DNA of 64,000 nt from an uncultured delta proteobacterium (GTDB lineage: Bacteria; Desulfobacterota; Zymogenia; Zymogenales; Zymogenaceae): contig CAWBYW010000007.1 in NCBI GenBank assembly GCA_963792965.1, positions 224,001 through 288,000 on the forward strand, read 5' to 3'. Positions within the stretch are counted from its first letter, which is position 1. Each line of letters begins with the position of its first letter. Of the stretch, positions 23,237 through 33,481 are shown piece after piece. Below the pieces are notes generated by a model. The model was not told the origin of the DNA, did no database searches, and saw nothing but the letters and a program-made list of their open reading frames with translations. Made by a program: the position numbers and the translations under genes.

Positions 23237-24958
23237 TCACTCAAGATAGAGCGGCACAAAATCAAATCTCGTCACGTCTACGAGCCCCCGGTCGGTGATC
23301 CTGAGCTTCGGAATGACGGGCAGCGGTAAAAACGACAGGCTCATGAACGGGTTCTTGAGCACGCAACCGGCGGATCCTGCCGCCCTCACGGTCTGTGCAG
23401 ACCTCGCGTCCACTTCCTCGAGGGGACGATCGCTCATGAGCCCGGCCACGGGCAGCGCGAGCTCGGAGACCACCCTTCCGCCGACCGTGACAACCTGTCC
23501 ACCTCCGAGCTCGACGATCCTCAATGCGGCCGCAAACATGTCCTCATCGTTTGCTCCCACGACGATGATGTTGTGAGAATCATGGCCCACCGACGATCCG
23601 ATCGCCCCGGACGTGAGCCCGAATCCCGACACAAAGCCGACGGCGACATTTCCCGTCGCGTGGTGTCGCTCGATCACCGCCACCTTAAGGATATCTCGAT
23701 CCGTGTCCGAGACGGCGTGACCTTCTCTTTCTGTTAGGATCGTCTCTGTCTGATCGGTAACGATCTGGCCCGGAATCAGCCGTATCACCCGCGCGGGAGA
23801 GTGCCGGTACGGTACGGACAAGGACTCTCTTGTCAGCCGCGCAGTTTTCATCGGCACGCGGGGCATCCGATGCGAGCCGTCTCTTTCAAACGTCGGCACT
23901 CCGTTCCGGGCAACAACCATTCCCTTCTTTAAGACGAGAGACACGTTGAAACTCTTGAGATCGTCCATAACGGCGACGTCGGCCTGTTTCCCGGGAGACA
24001 GCGCCCCGATATGGGTAAGTCCCGCTCGCAGCGCCGGGACCACCGTCGCCATCCTTATCGCCGTTACAGGATCGAGCCCCGAGTCCACGGCCTTGCGGAG
24101 GAAATAGTCGATGTATCCCCTCCGCGCAAGATCACCGGCGGTAATATCATCGCCGACAAAAGTGAAAAGCCAGAAGTTCTTCTCATTCACCAGTACGATA
24201 AGCTCATCGAGATTCCTGGCGTCGGTCCCCTCCCGAATCATTATGAACATCCCCTTCTCGAGCTTTTCACGCGCCTCGGCGCGTTTCGTGCACTCGTGGT
24301 CCGAGCCGATCCCCGCCGAGATATAGGCGGAAAGGTCGTATCCCGTCACGAGCGGCGCGTGTCCGTCGACCATCTTCCCGGCTCGCTTCGTCATGAGTAT
24401 CTTTTCCAACAGGTCAGCGGCGCCCGCGATGACGCCGGGGAAATTCATTACCTCGCCGAGTCCCAGTACCCACCCCTCATTGATCAGCTCCGAGAGATCC
24501 TGAGACGAGAGGCGGGCTCCCGACGTCTCCATCGTGGTAGCCGGCACGCAGGAGGGCAGGACGAAATAGACCTCAAGGGGAGACGAGAGCGCGTCGTCGT
24601 GCATGGCGACGATTCCAGCCGTTCCGGTGACATTTGCGATCTCATGGGGGTCCGCGATGATCGTGGTGGTGCCCCGCGGAATGACTCCCCGAGCGAACTC
24701 GGAGGGGATAAGGCACGAGCTCTCGATGTGAATGTGACTGTCGATAAAACCCGGGCAGAGGTACTTGCCCGCGACGTCAATAATTTCGGCTCCCCGGTAC
24801 TCCCCGACCCCAGCTATGTGACCTGCGAAAATTCCGAGGTCGCCGGAGGCGATCTCCCCGGTCAGGACGTTGACGATCTTTCCTCCCGTAAGGACGACAT
24901 CGCACGGCCTCCTGCGTCCCGCCGCTTCGATGATCCCCCTGAGCTCTTCGTTATCCAT
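23237..24958 (-). CDS. ade: Adenine deaminase
   Basis: DSHIHIESS, DPHEIANV, DGHAP, SDHEC, HDSHN. Confidence 0.95.
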   Translation of the reverse strand: MDNEELRGIIEAAGRRRPCDVVLTGGKIVNVLTGEIASGDLGIFAGHIAGVGEYRGAEIIDVAGKYLCPGFIDSHIHIESSCLIPSEFARGVIPRGTTTIIADPHEIANVTGTAGIVAMHDDALSSPLEVYFVLPSCVPATTMETSGARLSSQDLSELINEGWVLGLGEVMNFPGVIAGAADLLEKILMTKRAGKMVDGHAPLVTGYDLSAYISAGIGSDHECTKRAEAREKLEKGMFIMIREGTDARNLDELIVLVNEKNFWLFTFVGDDITAGDLARRGYIDYFLRKAVDSGLDPVTAIRMATVVPALRAGLTHIGALSPGKQADVAVMDDLKSFNVSLVLKKGMVVARNGVPTFERDGSHRMPRVPMKTARLTRESLSVPYRHSPARVIRLIPGQIVTDQTETILTEREGHAVSDTDRDILKVAVIERHHATGNVAVGFVSGFGLTSGAIGSSVGHDSHNIIVVGANDEDMFAAALRIVELGGGQVVTVGGRVVSELALPVAGLMSDRPLEEVDARSAQTVRAAGSAGCVLKNPFMSLSFLPLPVIPKLRITDRGLVDVTRFDFVPLYLE

Positions 24959-24964
24959 ACGCCT

Positions 24965-25627
24965 TTACGGAAGAAAAAAGAGAGGGTTCCTGACCTTGCC
25001 GTCCTTATGGACCTCAAAATGGAGGTGCGGCCCGGTCGATTTCCCGGTGCTCCCCATGAGGCCGATCTTTTCCCCGCGCGTCACGGTATCGCCCTGCTCC
25101 ACCGCTATCGCGGAGAGGTGGCCGTAGTAGGTCTCGTAATCATCGGGGTGCCTGAGAATGATGAGGTTACCGTAGCCCCCCTTTCGTCCCGCGAATTCGA
25201 CCGTGCCGTCTTTTGCGGCCACCACCGGCGTCCCGGTCTTCCCTGAGATGTCCAGGCCCTCGTGCATCTCGCCCCACCGCGCCCCAAAGAGCGAATAGAC
25301 CACCCCCTCTGTCGGCCACCCGAACATCCCCTTGTTGACGACGATATTCCCGGAGCCTTCGTCGCCGCCCTTATAGACTTCGACGTCGAGCTTCTTGCCG
25401 GCACCCGGGATGAACAGTTCCTGTCCCGTATAAATGAGGTTTTTATCGTAGATATCGTTGTATTCGGCGATCACCTGCATATCGACGCCGTACGTCTTGG
25501 AGATCCGCCAGAGGGTCTGACCCTTCTTCACCGTATGATAGACCCCGCCGGTCGACGTGGTCGTGACACACGAGAAAAGTAGTGTCATCAGCACCAGGAG
25601 CACTATTGATATGATCGTTTTCTTCAT
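24965..25627 (-). CDS. LysM plus M23 peptidase lipoprotein (NlpD-like)
   Basis: LFSC lipobox, LysM (YHTVKKGQTLWRIS), HEGLD and HLHFEV M23 motifs. Confidence 0.88.
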   Translation of the reverse strand: MKKTIISIVLLVLMTLLFSCVTTTSTGGVYHTVKKGQTLWRISKTYGVDMQVIAEYNDIYDKNLIYTGQELFIPGAGKKLDVEVYKGGDEGSGNIVVNKGMFGWPTEGVVYSLFGARWGEMHEGLDISGKTGTPVVAAKDGTVEFAGRKGGYGNLIILRHPDDYETYYGHLSAIAVEQGDTVTRGEKIGLMGSTGKSTGPHLHFEVHKDGKVRNPLFFLP

Positions 25628-26076
25628 GTTATCGAGCCTGCCGCCATCTCAACGGCCTCCTTCGGCGTTTCGGCGACGATTACCCCCTTGATCGTTTTCC
25701 ACGCGCCGAGGACTATAACCGGCTTATGCATCTTGAGGGCGAGCGCTATCTCGGAAAGAGTCCCGTTGCCCCCGGGCAGCGCGATTACGGCGTCCGCGGA
25801 TTTCACCACTAAAACGTTTCTGGCATGCCCCATGCCGGTGACCACCGCACAATCGATGAACCGATTTGCATCTGAGCGCCTCTCTCCCGGGAGAATACCG
25901 ACCGTTGTTCCGCCCTGCTCCTTGGCCCCTCGGGCCGCCCACTCCATCGCGCCGAAAAGACCCCCACAGACGAGCACCGCGCCGAGCCGCCCGATCTCCC
26001 TTCCGATCTCTCGGGCCGTTTCCCGCGTCACCGTGTCCGATTTTCCCGAGCCGATCACTCCAATCTGGACGGGCAT
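25624..26076 (-). CDS. TIGR00725 family (LOG/SMF-like Rossmann fold) protein
   Basis: CGGLFGAME, TGMGHARN, GGNGTLSEIA. Confidence 0.85.
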   Translation of the reverse strand: MPVQIGVIGSGKSDTVTRETAREIGREIGRLGAVLVCGGLFGAMEWAARGAKEQGGTTVGILPGERRSDANRFIDCAVVTGMGHARNVLVVKSADAVIALPGGNGTLSEIALALKMHKPVIVLGAWKTIKGVIVAETPKEAVEMAAGSIT

Positions 26077-26103
26077 TCCCTCACCTCCGGGGATCCTTTA
26101 TCA

Positions 26104-26733
26104 TCAGGTGGCCCTGCTCCTTTTGTGTCTGAGATGTCGGTATACGAAATAGACGAAGGCGACCAGCAGCAGCAGTGCGACCGTAATTGAAACCGGTTCT
26201 GAATAGTGCTTTATCTCGCCCCAGTTTTCTCCCAAAAGGTAGCCGCCATATGTCAAAATGCAGTTCCAGCTCGTTGCGCCGGCGATCGTATAGAAGGAAA
26301 ACCTCTTCAGATTCATGTTACCGATTCCGGCGGGAATAGAAATAAGGTGTCGCACCACCGGAATGAATCTGCTGATGAATATCGTGTATTCACCTCTCTT
26401 GCTGAACCATTCTTCCGTTCTGTAGAGATCGTCGGTGTCCAACAGGACGTATTTGCCGTACTTTACGATCAGCTGATTTCCGCCGTATTTGCCCATGGAG
26501 TAGGAGATCAGGGAGCCGACGATGCTCCCCAACGAGCTGGCTATGACGACAAAGACGAACGTGAAATTACCCTGCGCCACCAGGAAACCCGCAAACGGCA
26601 ACACCAGCTCCGACGGCATCGGGATCACCATGCTCTCCATGACCATCAGGAAGAAGACCCCGGGGTAGCCGATGGTCGAAATAACGCCTATTGCGAATAG
26701 ACCCAGATATTCCATTACTTCATTTAACCCCAT
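26104..26733 (-). CDS. DedA family membrane protein
   Basis: ESMVIPMPSELV, SRFIPVVRHLISIPAG. Confidence 0.92.
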   Translation of the reverse strand: MGLNEVMEYLGLFAIGVISTIGYPGVFFLMVMESMVIPMPSELVLPFAGFLVAQGNFTFVFVVIASSLGSIVGSLISYSMGKYGGNQLIVKYGKYVLLDTDDLYRTEEWFSKRGEYTIFISRFIPVVRHLISIPAGIGNMNLKRFSFYTIAGATSWNCILTYGGYLLGENWGEIKHYSEPVSITVALLLLVAFVYFVYRHLRHKRSRAT

Positions 26734-26842
26734 TCTGTCATCCCTTCGTGCGCGGCCGCCAACGAAGCCGCGACGCCACACGATGTGTCGGTCCGGTGGA
26801 TAATCCGGTTATAGGTCACTTTCCCGAACCGTAAAAAACGAC

Positions 26843-27496
26843 CTAATCCAGCCACCCGTAGTCTCCTATCAACTTAACAAACCTGCACGAGCCGAGGTTC
26901 TTCTGGGTTACGTTGTGGTCTTTCTTGATGACCTGTATCAGATCCTGCGACGACCTCCCCCCCACCGGGATCACCATTCTTCCCCCGTCCCCCATCTGAT
27001 CGACGAGCGGCTGCGGAATATCGGGCGAGGCCGCGGCTACGATAATCGCATCAAACGGACGCTCCTCGATCCATCCGTGGGTGCCGTCATCCACCTTTAT
27101 GTGAACGTTCCTATAGCCGAGTGCCTTGAGCAGCCCGTCTGCGCGCGCGGCAAGCTCCGTGATTCTCTCGATAGAATAGATGTCCCGTGCGATCTCGGCC
27201 AGTATTGCCGCCTGGTATCCCGACCCCGTGCCGATTTCCAGGACCCGGTCATCGTGCGTCAGCCGCAGGCTCTCGGTCATCAGGGCGACGATATAGGGTT
27301 GTGAAATAGTCTGGCCGTCTCCGATGGGGAGCGGATAGTCGTTATAGGCCTGGCCCTGGAGGGCCTCTTCGACGAAGAGGTGCCGAGGCACCGTGAGAAA
27401 CGCCCGAATCGTCGACTCATCACGGATCCCGCGGCCGATGATCTGAATATCGACCATCCTCCTGCGTGCTATCTCAAAGCGGTCTTGATCTTCCAC
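26843..27496 (-). CDS. pcm: Protein-L-isoaspartate O-methyltransferase
   Basis: VPRHLF, GQTISQP, VLEIGTGSGY; next to surE. Confidence 0.95.
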   Translation of the reverse strand: MEDQDRFEIARRRMVDIQIIGRGIRDESTIRAFLTVPRHLFVEEALQGQAYNDYPLPIGDGQTISQPYIVALMTESLRLTHDDRVLEIGTGSGYQAAILAEIARDIYSIERITELAARADGLLKALGYRNVHIKVDDGTHGWIEERPFDAIIVAAASPDIPQPLVDQMGDGGRMVIPVGGRSSQDLIQVIKKDHNVTQKNLGSCRFVKLIGDYGWLD

Positions 27497-28224
27497 TGCC
27501 TGATCTCTTTGATGAAGGCGTAATCGGTCAAATCGAGATGGAGGGGGGTGATGGATATGTACCCGTGGGTAACGGCGAAAAAATCCGACTCGATGTCGTC
27601 CTCAAAGGCGATCTCCCTCGTATCGATCATGAACTTTTTCTTCCGGGACGAATCAACCCTCTGGACGGTCGAGTCGCTGTATATGCGCCTTCCCTGTCTT
27701 GTTATTCGATACGGGTTGTCACCATCCGCGATGTGGTCGGGCACGTTTACATTGAGGACGGTTTCCCCTGTGATTCCGCCCCCTTGTATATGTGCGATGA
27801 GATTTGCCACGAACTCCGCCGCCACGCCAAAATCGCGGCTCGTCTTCATTTCCAGCGACACGGCGATCGATGGGATATCAAGGAGCATCCCCTCAATCGC
27901 CGCGGATACCGTTCCGGAATAGAAGATGTCATCACCGAGGTTTGCCCCGTGATTGATACCGGACACGACGAGGTCGGGCCTGGTGGAAAAGATCCCGTTG
28001 ACCGCAAGGTTTACACAGTCCGCCGGAGTACCGTCGACGGCAAAGGAATCGACCCCGACCTTTTCCACCGACAGCGGCCGTCTGAGCGTCAGGCTGTGGC
28101 TCGAAGCGCTCTGTTCATGGCTCGGCGCTGCGATAAAAACCGCGTGATCTCTTTTCAGCCGTTTGGCCAGGGCCTTAAGGCCCGCCGAGGTGATACCATC
28201 GTCATTGGAAACCAGTATATTCAA
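27469..28224 (-). CDS. surE: 5'/3'-nucleotidase SurE
   Basis: ILVSNDDG, GTPADC, SGINHGANLG, YSGTV; TTG start at 28224. Confidence 0.95.
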   Translation of the reverse strand: MNILVSNDDGITSAGLKALAKRLKRDHAVFIAAPSHEQSASSHSLTLRRPLSVEKVGVDSFAVDGTPADCVNLAVNGIFSTRPDLVVSGINHGANLGDDIFYSGTVSAAIEGMLLDIPSIAVSLEMKTSRDFGVAAEFVANLIAHIQGGGITGETVLNVNVPDHIADGDNPYRITRQGRRIYSDSTVQRVDSSRKKKFMIDTREIAFEDDIESDFFAVTHGYISITPLHLDLTDYAFIKEIRQWKIKTALR

Positions 28225-28364
28225 TCGATAATCCGATAAGTCAATCTTAACGTGTAACGTTATCACATTGTGAGAGACGGGTCAACAGATTTCGGGAACA
28301 GCGCCCAGAAGACAAAAGCGGGGCCGGAAGATCCCAAGAAAAGACTATTTCTCCAATAAAATAC

Positions 28365-28398
28365 TTCACATTGGCATTATTCTCCATTATAATGCCAA
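28365..28398 (+). promoter_or_regulatory. Promoter with overlapping palindromic operator for the MFS gene
   Basis: TTCACA-17-TATAAT; perfect inverted repeat TTGGCATTAT-N8-ATAATGCCAA (28371-28398). Confidence 0.7.
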
Positions 28399-28426
28399 CA
28401 AAATTCATAATAAAATAGGAGTTTAT

Positions 28427-29756
28427 ATGTCGGATGGATACACGGACGAAGGGTATCTCGTATCGAGGAAATACGCCTATTCTGTCTTTACTCTGCTATT
28501 CGTCATCTATATGGTCGACTATATTGACCGCTACGTTGTCTCCGGCCTCGTTCCCTACCTCAAAGCAACCGTCGAAAAGGGAGGACTCGGCTTTTCGGAC
28601 ACCCAGTGTGCGCTCCTGATGGCCGCGGTGTACTGGTCAATCGTTGTCCTCACGTTTCCGCTCTCCATCCTGTTGGATCGTTGGCGCAGGATGCGCAGCA
28701 TCGGAATCATGGTCACCCTTTGGAGCCTGGCGACCGGGGCTTGTGCCTTTGCGAAAAGCTTCCCCCAGCTCTTCACCGCTCGGGTTGGCGTCGGCGTCGG
28801 CGAGGCGGGATACGTGCCGGGGGGCTACGCCCTCATTGCGGCGTACTTCCCTGAAAAGAAGCGAGACCTCATGAACGGCTTCTGGAACGCATCGATCCCC
28901 CTCGGGGTCGTGATCGGGACGGTTCTCGGCGGATTCATTGCCGTGCACTTCGGGTGGCGGCACGCCTTCGGCCTCATGGCCATTCCAGGCCTCATCCTGG
29001 CCTTCCTCTTCTTTTTGACAAAGGACTATAAGACCGTCGAGCTGACCAAGACGGTCGCCCGTGCGGCAAAGCCGCCCGAAAAGATAAAGATGAAAGTACC
29101 TGATATCGTCAGGGAATTCCTGAACACGCCCGTCCCTCCTCTTTACCTTCTTCGGATACGTGGGAAATGTCTTCGTGACCAACGCCCTCCTCTTTTGGCT
29201 GCCCAGCTATTTCAATCGCATGGAGAACCTCCCGATGGACAAGGCAACGCTGAAGTCGTCGGTTATCTTCCTGCTTGCCATCCTCGGCGCCCCGATCGGC
29301 GGCCTGCTCACGAACCTCCTTCAGAAACGGATAAAAAACGCCCGCTTGAGCTTTCCGGCCGTAAGCTCCCTCATCTCGTGCGCCCTGCTTTTTAGCGCCT
29401 TCTACCTCGCGGGCGGAAAGGCTCAATACTACCTCCTGATAGCGCTGGGATTTATGACTCCGATGTTCGTGGCGGGGACCGCCGCCGTTACCCAGGACGT
29501 CGTCCACCCCGGCCTCAGGTCCATCTCGGCGAGCCTCAATATTGTCGTACAGAATCTCTTGGGCGCCTCCCTCGGTCCGCTCTTCGTGGGAGCGATCTCG
29601 GACCACTACCCGGATCCGCTCGTCGGTCTTCTGACCGGGTTCAAGTTCTTGCCCATTTTCTCGCTCTTCGGGGCGGCCTGCTTCTTGCTCGGGTCCTTTT
29701 TCTATGTGAGGGACCTGGCCAAGGTGGAGCGGGTGGCCATCGAGCCGGAACGATAA
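28427..29756 (+). CDS. MFS transporter, spinster-like (frameshift near 29130)
   Basis: DYIDR, LDRWRR, RVGVGVGEA; second half in 29160..29756; removing one C joins the frames. Confidence 0.88.
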
Positions 29757-29778
29757 TCAGTGCGTGACAGGAAAAGAG

Positions 29779-29811
29779 AAAGGCCGCGGTTTTGTAGCCG
29801 CGGCCTTTTTT
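29779..29811. terminator. Bidirectional terminator between MFS and iorB
   Basis: AAAGGCCGCGG.../CCGCGGCCTTTTTT with A and T tracts on both sides. Confidence 0.75.
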
Positions 29812-29835
29812 GTCTCTTTTCCGATTCCGGTTGTG

Positions 29836-30465
29836 CTATGACGCCTTGAGCGCCCGTATCCCCTCCTCGAAGGCCTCGATGTTCTTCTTAACATGCTTGG
29901 CAGAGACGTTTTCCCTGATTGCCTCCTCGAATTCCTCCACAGAGACGGGGACAACCCCCCATCCGGCAAAAGCGCCCATCATGATGATGTTTGCGAGAAT
30001 CGGCGTCTTTACCCGTAACGCGATTTCGGTGGCGTCGATGAAAATCGCCTCTTTGGAATTTTCGGCGATGATCTTCTTGAGATTTGCGAGATCGGGATAC
30101 TCGAAGGCTCCGGTGATGACGTCGACCGGATAGATGGGACGGGTATTGGAGAGGACACGGATGTCCGGGTTCCCGTATTCCCCCATGACCCGCAGCGCCT
30201 CGGCGGGTTCAAGCGCAATAATGTAGTGGGCCTTCCCCTTCGGGATGATCGGGGAGATTCCCCCGCGCCCGGTGACCCTGAGATGGCTCATCACGGATCC
30301 CCCCCGCTGGGACGCGCCGTAGGTCTCTCCGATGATGACCTCAAATCCCTTCTTCACCAACAGTCTCCCCAACAGCAGAGAGGCCAGTATATTGCCCTGG
30401 CCGCCGACGCCCGCGATGATGATGTTGAGCGGGTCGTGCTTCAGGGTATCGCCGTTATGCTTCAT
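29836..30465 (-). CDS. iorB: Indolepyruvate:ferredoxin oxidoreductase beta subunit
   Basis: AGVGGQG, GASQRGGSVMSHLR, ANIIMMGA. Confidence 0.88.
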   Translation of the reverse strand: MKHNGDTLKHDPLNIIIAGVGGQGNILASLLLGRLLVKKGFEVIIGETYGASQRGGSVMSHLRVTGRGGISPIIPKGKAHYIIALEPAEALRVMGEYGNPDIRVLSNTRPIYPVDVITGAFEYPDLANLKKIIAENSKEAIFIDATEIALRVKTPILANIIMMGAFAGWGVVPVSVEEFEEAIRENVSAKHVKKNIEAFEEGIRALKAS

Positions 30466-32377
30466 GGGAGACCTCCTTGATAATGGCGCCCTCGGGGCAG
30501 ATATCGGCGCAGACGCCGCATCCGGTGCAGATCACCTCGTCGATGCGGGCGACTTTCTTGGTGCGGTCCCAGATGATGCCCGGACACTTGAAAACCCGTG
30601 TGCAGAGGCGATTGCATCCGCACTTTTCGCCGAGGCATGCCGTCTCGTTGACGTGCACCTGGTATCTCTGCTCGTCCTTCTTGAGCCGATAGAGGCAGCA
30701 CTCCTGCCTCATGATGATCACCTTGATCCCCTCTTCGTCCTGCATGGTCTCCCAAACCCCCTGGATGCTCTCGCGGACGTCGAACGGGTCCATCACCTTC
30801 ACCTTGGCGCCCAGCGACTCACAGACTTTCTCGATGCTGAGGGGCCGTGTGGGAGATCCCATGGCGCCGATATCCGAGCCGGAGTGAGGCTGCGCCCCGG
30901 TCATGGCGGTCGTACTGTTATCCAGGATCACCATGGTGAAGTTCGCGTTCTGATGGGCGGCGTTGATGAGCGCAGGTACTACCGAATGGTAAAAGGTCGA
31001 ATCTCCGCTGACCGCCAGCACCGGCTGGTCAAGCCCGAACTGTTTCAGCTGCCCGAGGCCCGTGGCGAGACCGGACCCCGATCCCATGGCGTGGGTCGTT
31101 TTGAGGACCGAATATCCCTGGGGGCCCAGACCGATCGTATAACAGCCGATGTCTCCGACGATGAAGCCGTCGCGCCCGTCGAGCTTGAGGGCGTTCTTGA
31201 GGTCCCAGTAACTGGCCCGGTGTGGGCAGCCCGCGCAGAAGGTGAGCGCGCGGTAGGGAGAGTTGGGAAGGGCCAGCGACATGATCTTGGCCTGGTATTC
31301 CGGCTGGACCGGTACATACTGCGTCCCCATGATCGAGGCGATCGAGGCCGCAAGGATATCGGGCGAAAGCTCGTTTTCCTTCGGGAGATGGCCGCTGGCT
31401 TTTCCGAAGAACTCGACGATGCCGAGGTCCTTGACGTGGTTGGCGTACGCCTCTTTTACCGACGACTCCAAAAACGGGAGAACCTCTTCGGCAACGAGCA
31501 CCTTAGCCGTCCCCTTGAGGTTTCGGGCGATAAATTCCTCCGGGAGGGGAAAGGTCGTCCCGAGTTTGAGGACGCCCACTTTCTTGCCGAGATCCAGAAG
31601 GTTTACCGCCTCCTTGGCGTAAAGATAGGCCGCCCCGGACGCGATGACGATGAGCTCGGCTCCTTTGGGGCCCTCATAACGATTGAACTCGGCCTCCTCG
31701 AACTTGTCTTTGATGGCCGCCATCTTGTCGTGAAGAACCTTGTGCGTCCAGGGAACGGGGAAGGACAAGACGGTCCTGGCGGTATCGAAGTGAGCCTTCT
31801 TGTTGGCTTTCTGTATCTCCGAATAGACGACGTTCCCGCGGCCGTGGGAGATACGCGTGACACTCCTTATCATCACCATGAGGCCCGTCTCTTCGGACAG
31901 CTCAAAGGCGAACTTGGTCATGTCTTTTGCTTCCTGGAACCCCCCCGGCTCCAGCAGCGGAACCTCCAGCAGTCGCGAGAAGTACCGGGTGTCCTCCTCG
32001 TTGGACGAGGAGATGCCGCCCGGGTCATCGGCGACGACCAACACCATCCCACCCGGCCCGACCCCGGTGAGCACCACGTTGCTGATGAAATCGGACGCCA
32101 CGTTCAGCCCGTTCTGCTTCATGGCGCAGATGGAGCGGAGCCCGGCATACGACGCGCCGGCCGCGGCCTCTATGGCGACCTTCTCGTTTGTCGACCATTC
32201 GACGTATATGCCGAGCTCTTCGGCATGACTTCCCAAAACGGTGATGATCTCAGACGAGGGGTTTCCCGGATACGCCGAGGCAAAAGCCACCCCGGCCTCA
32301 ATCGCACCTCGCGCGATTGCTTCGTTGCCCATGAGGAGATTGGCCTCTCCCGGGCTGTCTTTCGAAAGATAGGACAT
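30455..32377 (-). CDS. iorA: Indolepyruvate:ferredoxin oxidoreductase alpha subunit
   Basis: LMGNEAIARG, EWSTNEKVA, FCAGCPHR, GDIGCY, GDST TPP motif, C-terminal 2x[4Fe-4S]. Confidence 0.9.
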   Translation of the reverse strand: MSYLSKDSPGEANLLMGNEAIARGAIEAGVAFASAYPGNPSSEIITVLGSHAEELGIYVEWSTNEKVAIEAAAGASYAGLRSICAMKQNGLNVASDFISNVVLTGVGPGGMVLVVADDPGGISSSNEEDTRYFSRLLEVPLLEPGGFQEAKDMTKFAFELSEETGLMVMIRSVTRISHGRGNVVYSEIQKANKKAHFDTARTVLSFPVPWTHKVLHDKMAAIKDKFEEAEFNRYEGPKGAELIVIASGAAYLYAKEAVNLLDLGKKVGVLKLGTTFPLPEEFIARNLKGTAKVLVAEEVLPFLESSVKEAYANHVKDLGIVEFFGKASGHLPKENELSPDILAASIASIMGTQYVPVQPEYQAKIMSLALPNSPYRALTFCAGCPHRASYWDLKNALKLDGRDGFIVGDIGCYTIGLGPQGYSVLKTTHAMGSGSGLATGLGQLKQFGLDQPVLAVSGDSTFYHSVVPALINAAHQNANFTMVILDNSTTAMTGAQPHSGSDIGAMGSPTRPLSIEKVCESLGAKVKVMDPFDVRESIQGVWETMQDEEGIKVIIMRQECCLYRLKKDEQRYQVHVNETACLGEKCGCNRLCTRVFKCPGIIWDRTKKVARIDEVICTGCGVCADICPEGAIIKEVSHEA

Positions 32378-32386
32378 ATGTTCCCT

Positions 32387-33481
32387 CTAACCCATGATTT
32401 TTTCTAATCTATCGCCGGGACCGGTGATGTAGCCCCATTTCGCCTCGGGATCTTTTTCCTTGAGGTTTTTCAGGGCCCGCTTCTTCTTGGTGAGCGACGA
32501 CTCTTTCAGATGGGTCAGCCGGTCGTCCGACAGCGGCTCTACCCTTATGGCGCCCTTATCACTGGCCTTTTTGACGACCTCTGCCCCCTTATTTGTCCGG
32601 ACGATCAGGACGTTTTCGGCGGGGTTCTCTTCCAGCACGCCTACCGAGATATCGGCAAACTCGGAGGTCATATCGATGCAGTTTCGGCACGACTCCTTCA
32701 CGAACGGCCGTATATCGGAGAGCGGGAAGGTAAGCTTCCCCTTCTTGGTCTCCACCACGAAGGTCTCCGCCGGCGGGGGTGGAATGTCGAAGCCGGTGAT
32801 CTCGGCAATCGTTACGTGATCCTTGAGGTACCCGAAGAGTTTCCTATAATCCAGGGCCCAGGTGCAAAAGAGCCCGATGACGAGAGCGACGGCATCTCCC
32901 GGATTGCGCTCGATTGCCTCCGTCGATCGCATCTTGGCCACCGCCGTTGCCTGGCACGGCGTCCCGACGACCGCCACCTTTGTGTACCCGTCTTTCGCCG
33001 CCCTGTTGAGGGCCGCGAGCGTCGGCGCCGCGCTGTATTTCGAGCCGGCGGTCTTCCTCACGTCCTCTCCTCTGGTCACGACCTCCGCCACGGGGAGAAC
33101 ACCCTCCGAGCCGGTGAGGACCGCGGCATCGATGGCCCCCTCGCTGAAGAGAAACTCGAGGAGCGACGTGACCGTCCCCCCTGCCTGGTAATGCCCGTCC
33201 TTCGCAGCTCTTGCGCGGTAGATTCCCCGTGAGCTGCCGATCGGGCCTGGGTCGTAGGCCGTCCCGATCACTTTTTGCGAGATTAGGTCGAGGTCAAGCT
33301 CGGTCTTCGGACAGAAGAGAAAGCACCTCCCCTCTTCTTTGTCGCACGGGTCAAGGCTGATGGTCTTTCCCAGAAAGGAGGTAAAATAGGGACAGAGCCC
33401 CACGCATGCCCCGCATCCGCTGCAAAGCTCGCCGGAAATTACCTCCGTCACGAGCCGTTGGGGTCCTCGGGAATTTGTCAT
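32387..33481 (-). CDS. FrhB/FdhB-family (F420 hydrogenase beta-like) Fe-S flavoprotein
   Basis: CSGCGACVGLCP, GGTVTSLL, GSKY, VVGTPCQ, IGLFC, CRNCIDMTSEFADISVG. Confidence 0.85.
   Translation of the reverse strand: MTNSRGPQRLVTEVISGELCSGCGACVGLCPYFTSFLGKTISLDPCDKEEGRCFLFCPKTELDLDLISQKVIGTAYDPGPIGSSRGIYRARAAKDGHYQAGGTVTSLLEFLFSEGAIDAAVLTGSEGVLPVAEVVTRGEDVRKTAGSKYSAAPTLAALNRAAKDGYTKVAVVGTPCQATAVAKMRSTEAIERNPGDAVALVIGLFCTWALDYRKLFGYLKDHVTIAEITGFDIPPPPAETFVVETKKGKLTFPLSDIRPFVKESCRNCIDMTSEFADISVGVLEENPAENVLIVRTNKGAEVVKKASDKGAIRVEPLSDDRLTHLKESSLTKKKRALKNLKEKDPEAKWGYITGPGDRLEKIMG

Noticed and set aside
30332-32407. Long antisense ORFs (e.g. 691 aa here, 588 aa at 35957-37723, 411 aa at 24011-25246)
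   Set aside because: Shadow frames of well-supported genes in GC-rich DNA; no recognisable motifs.
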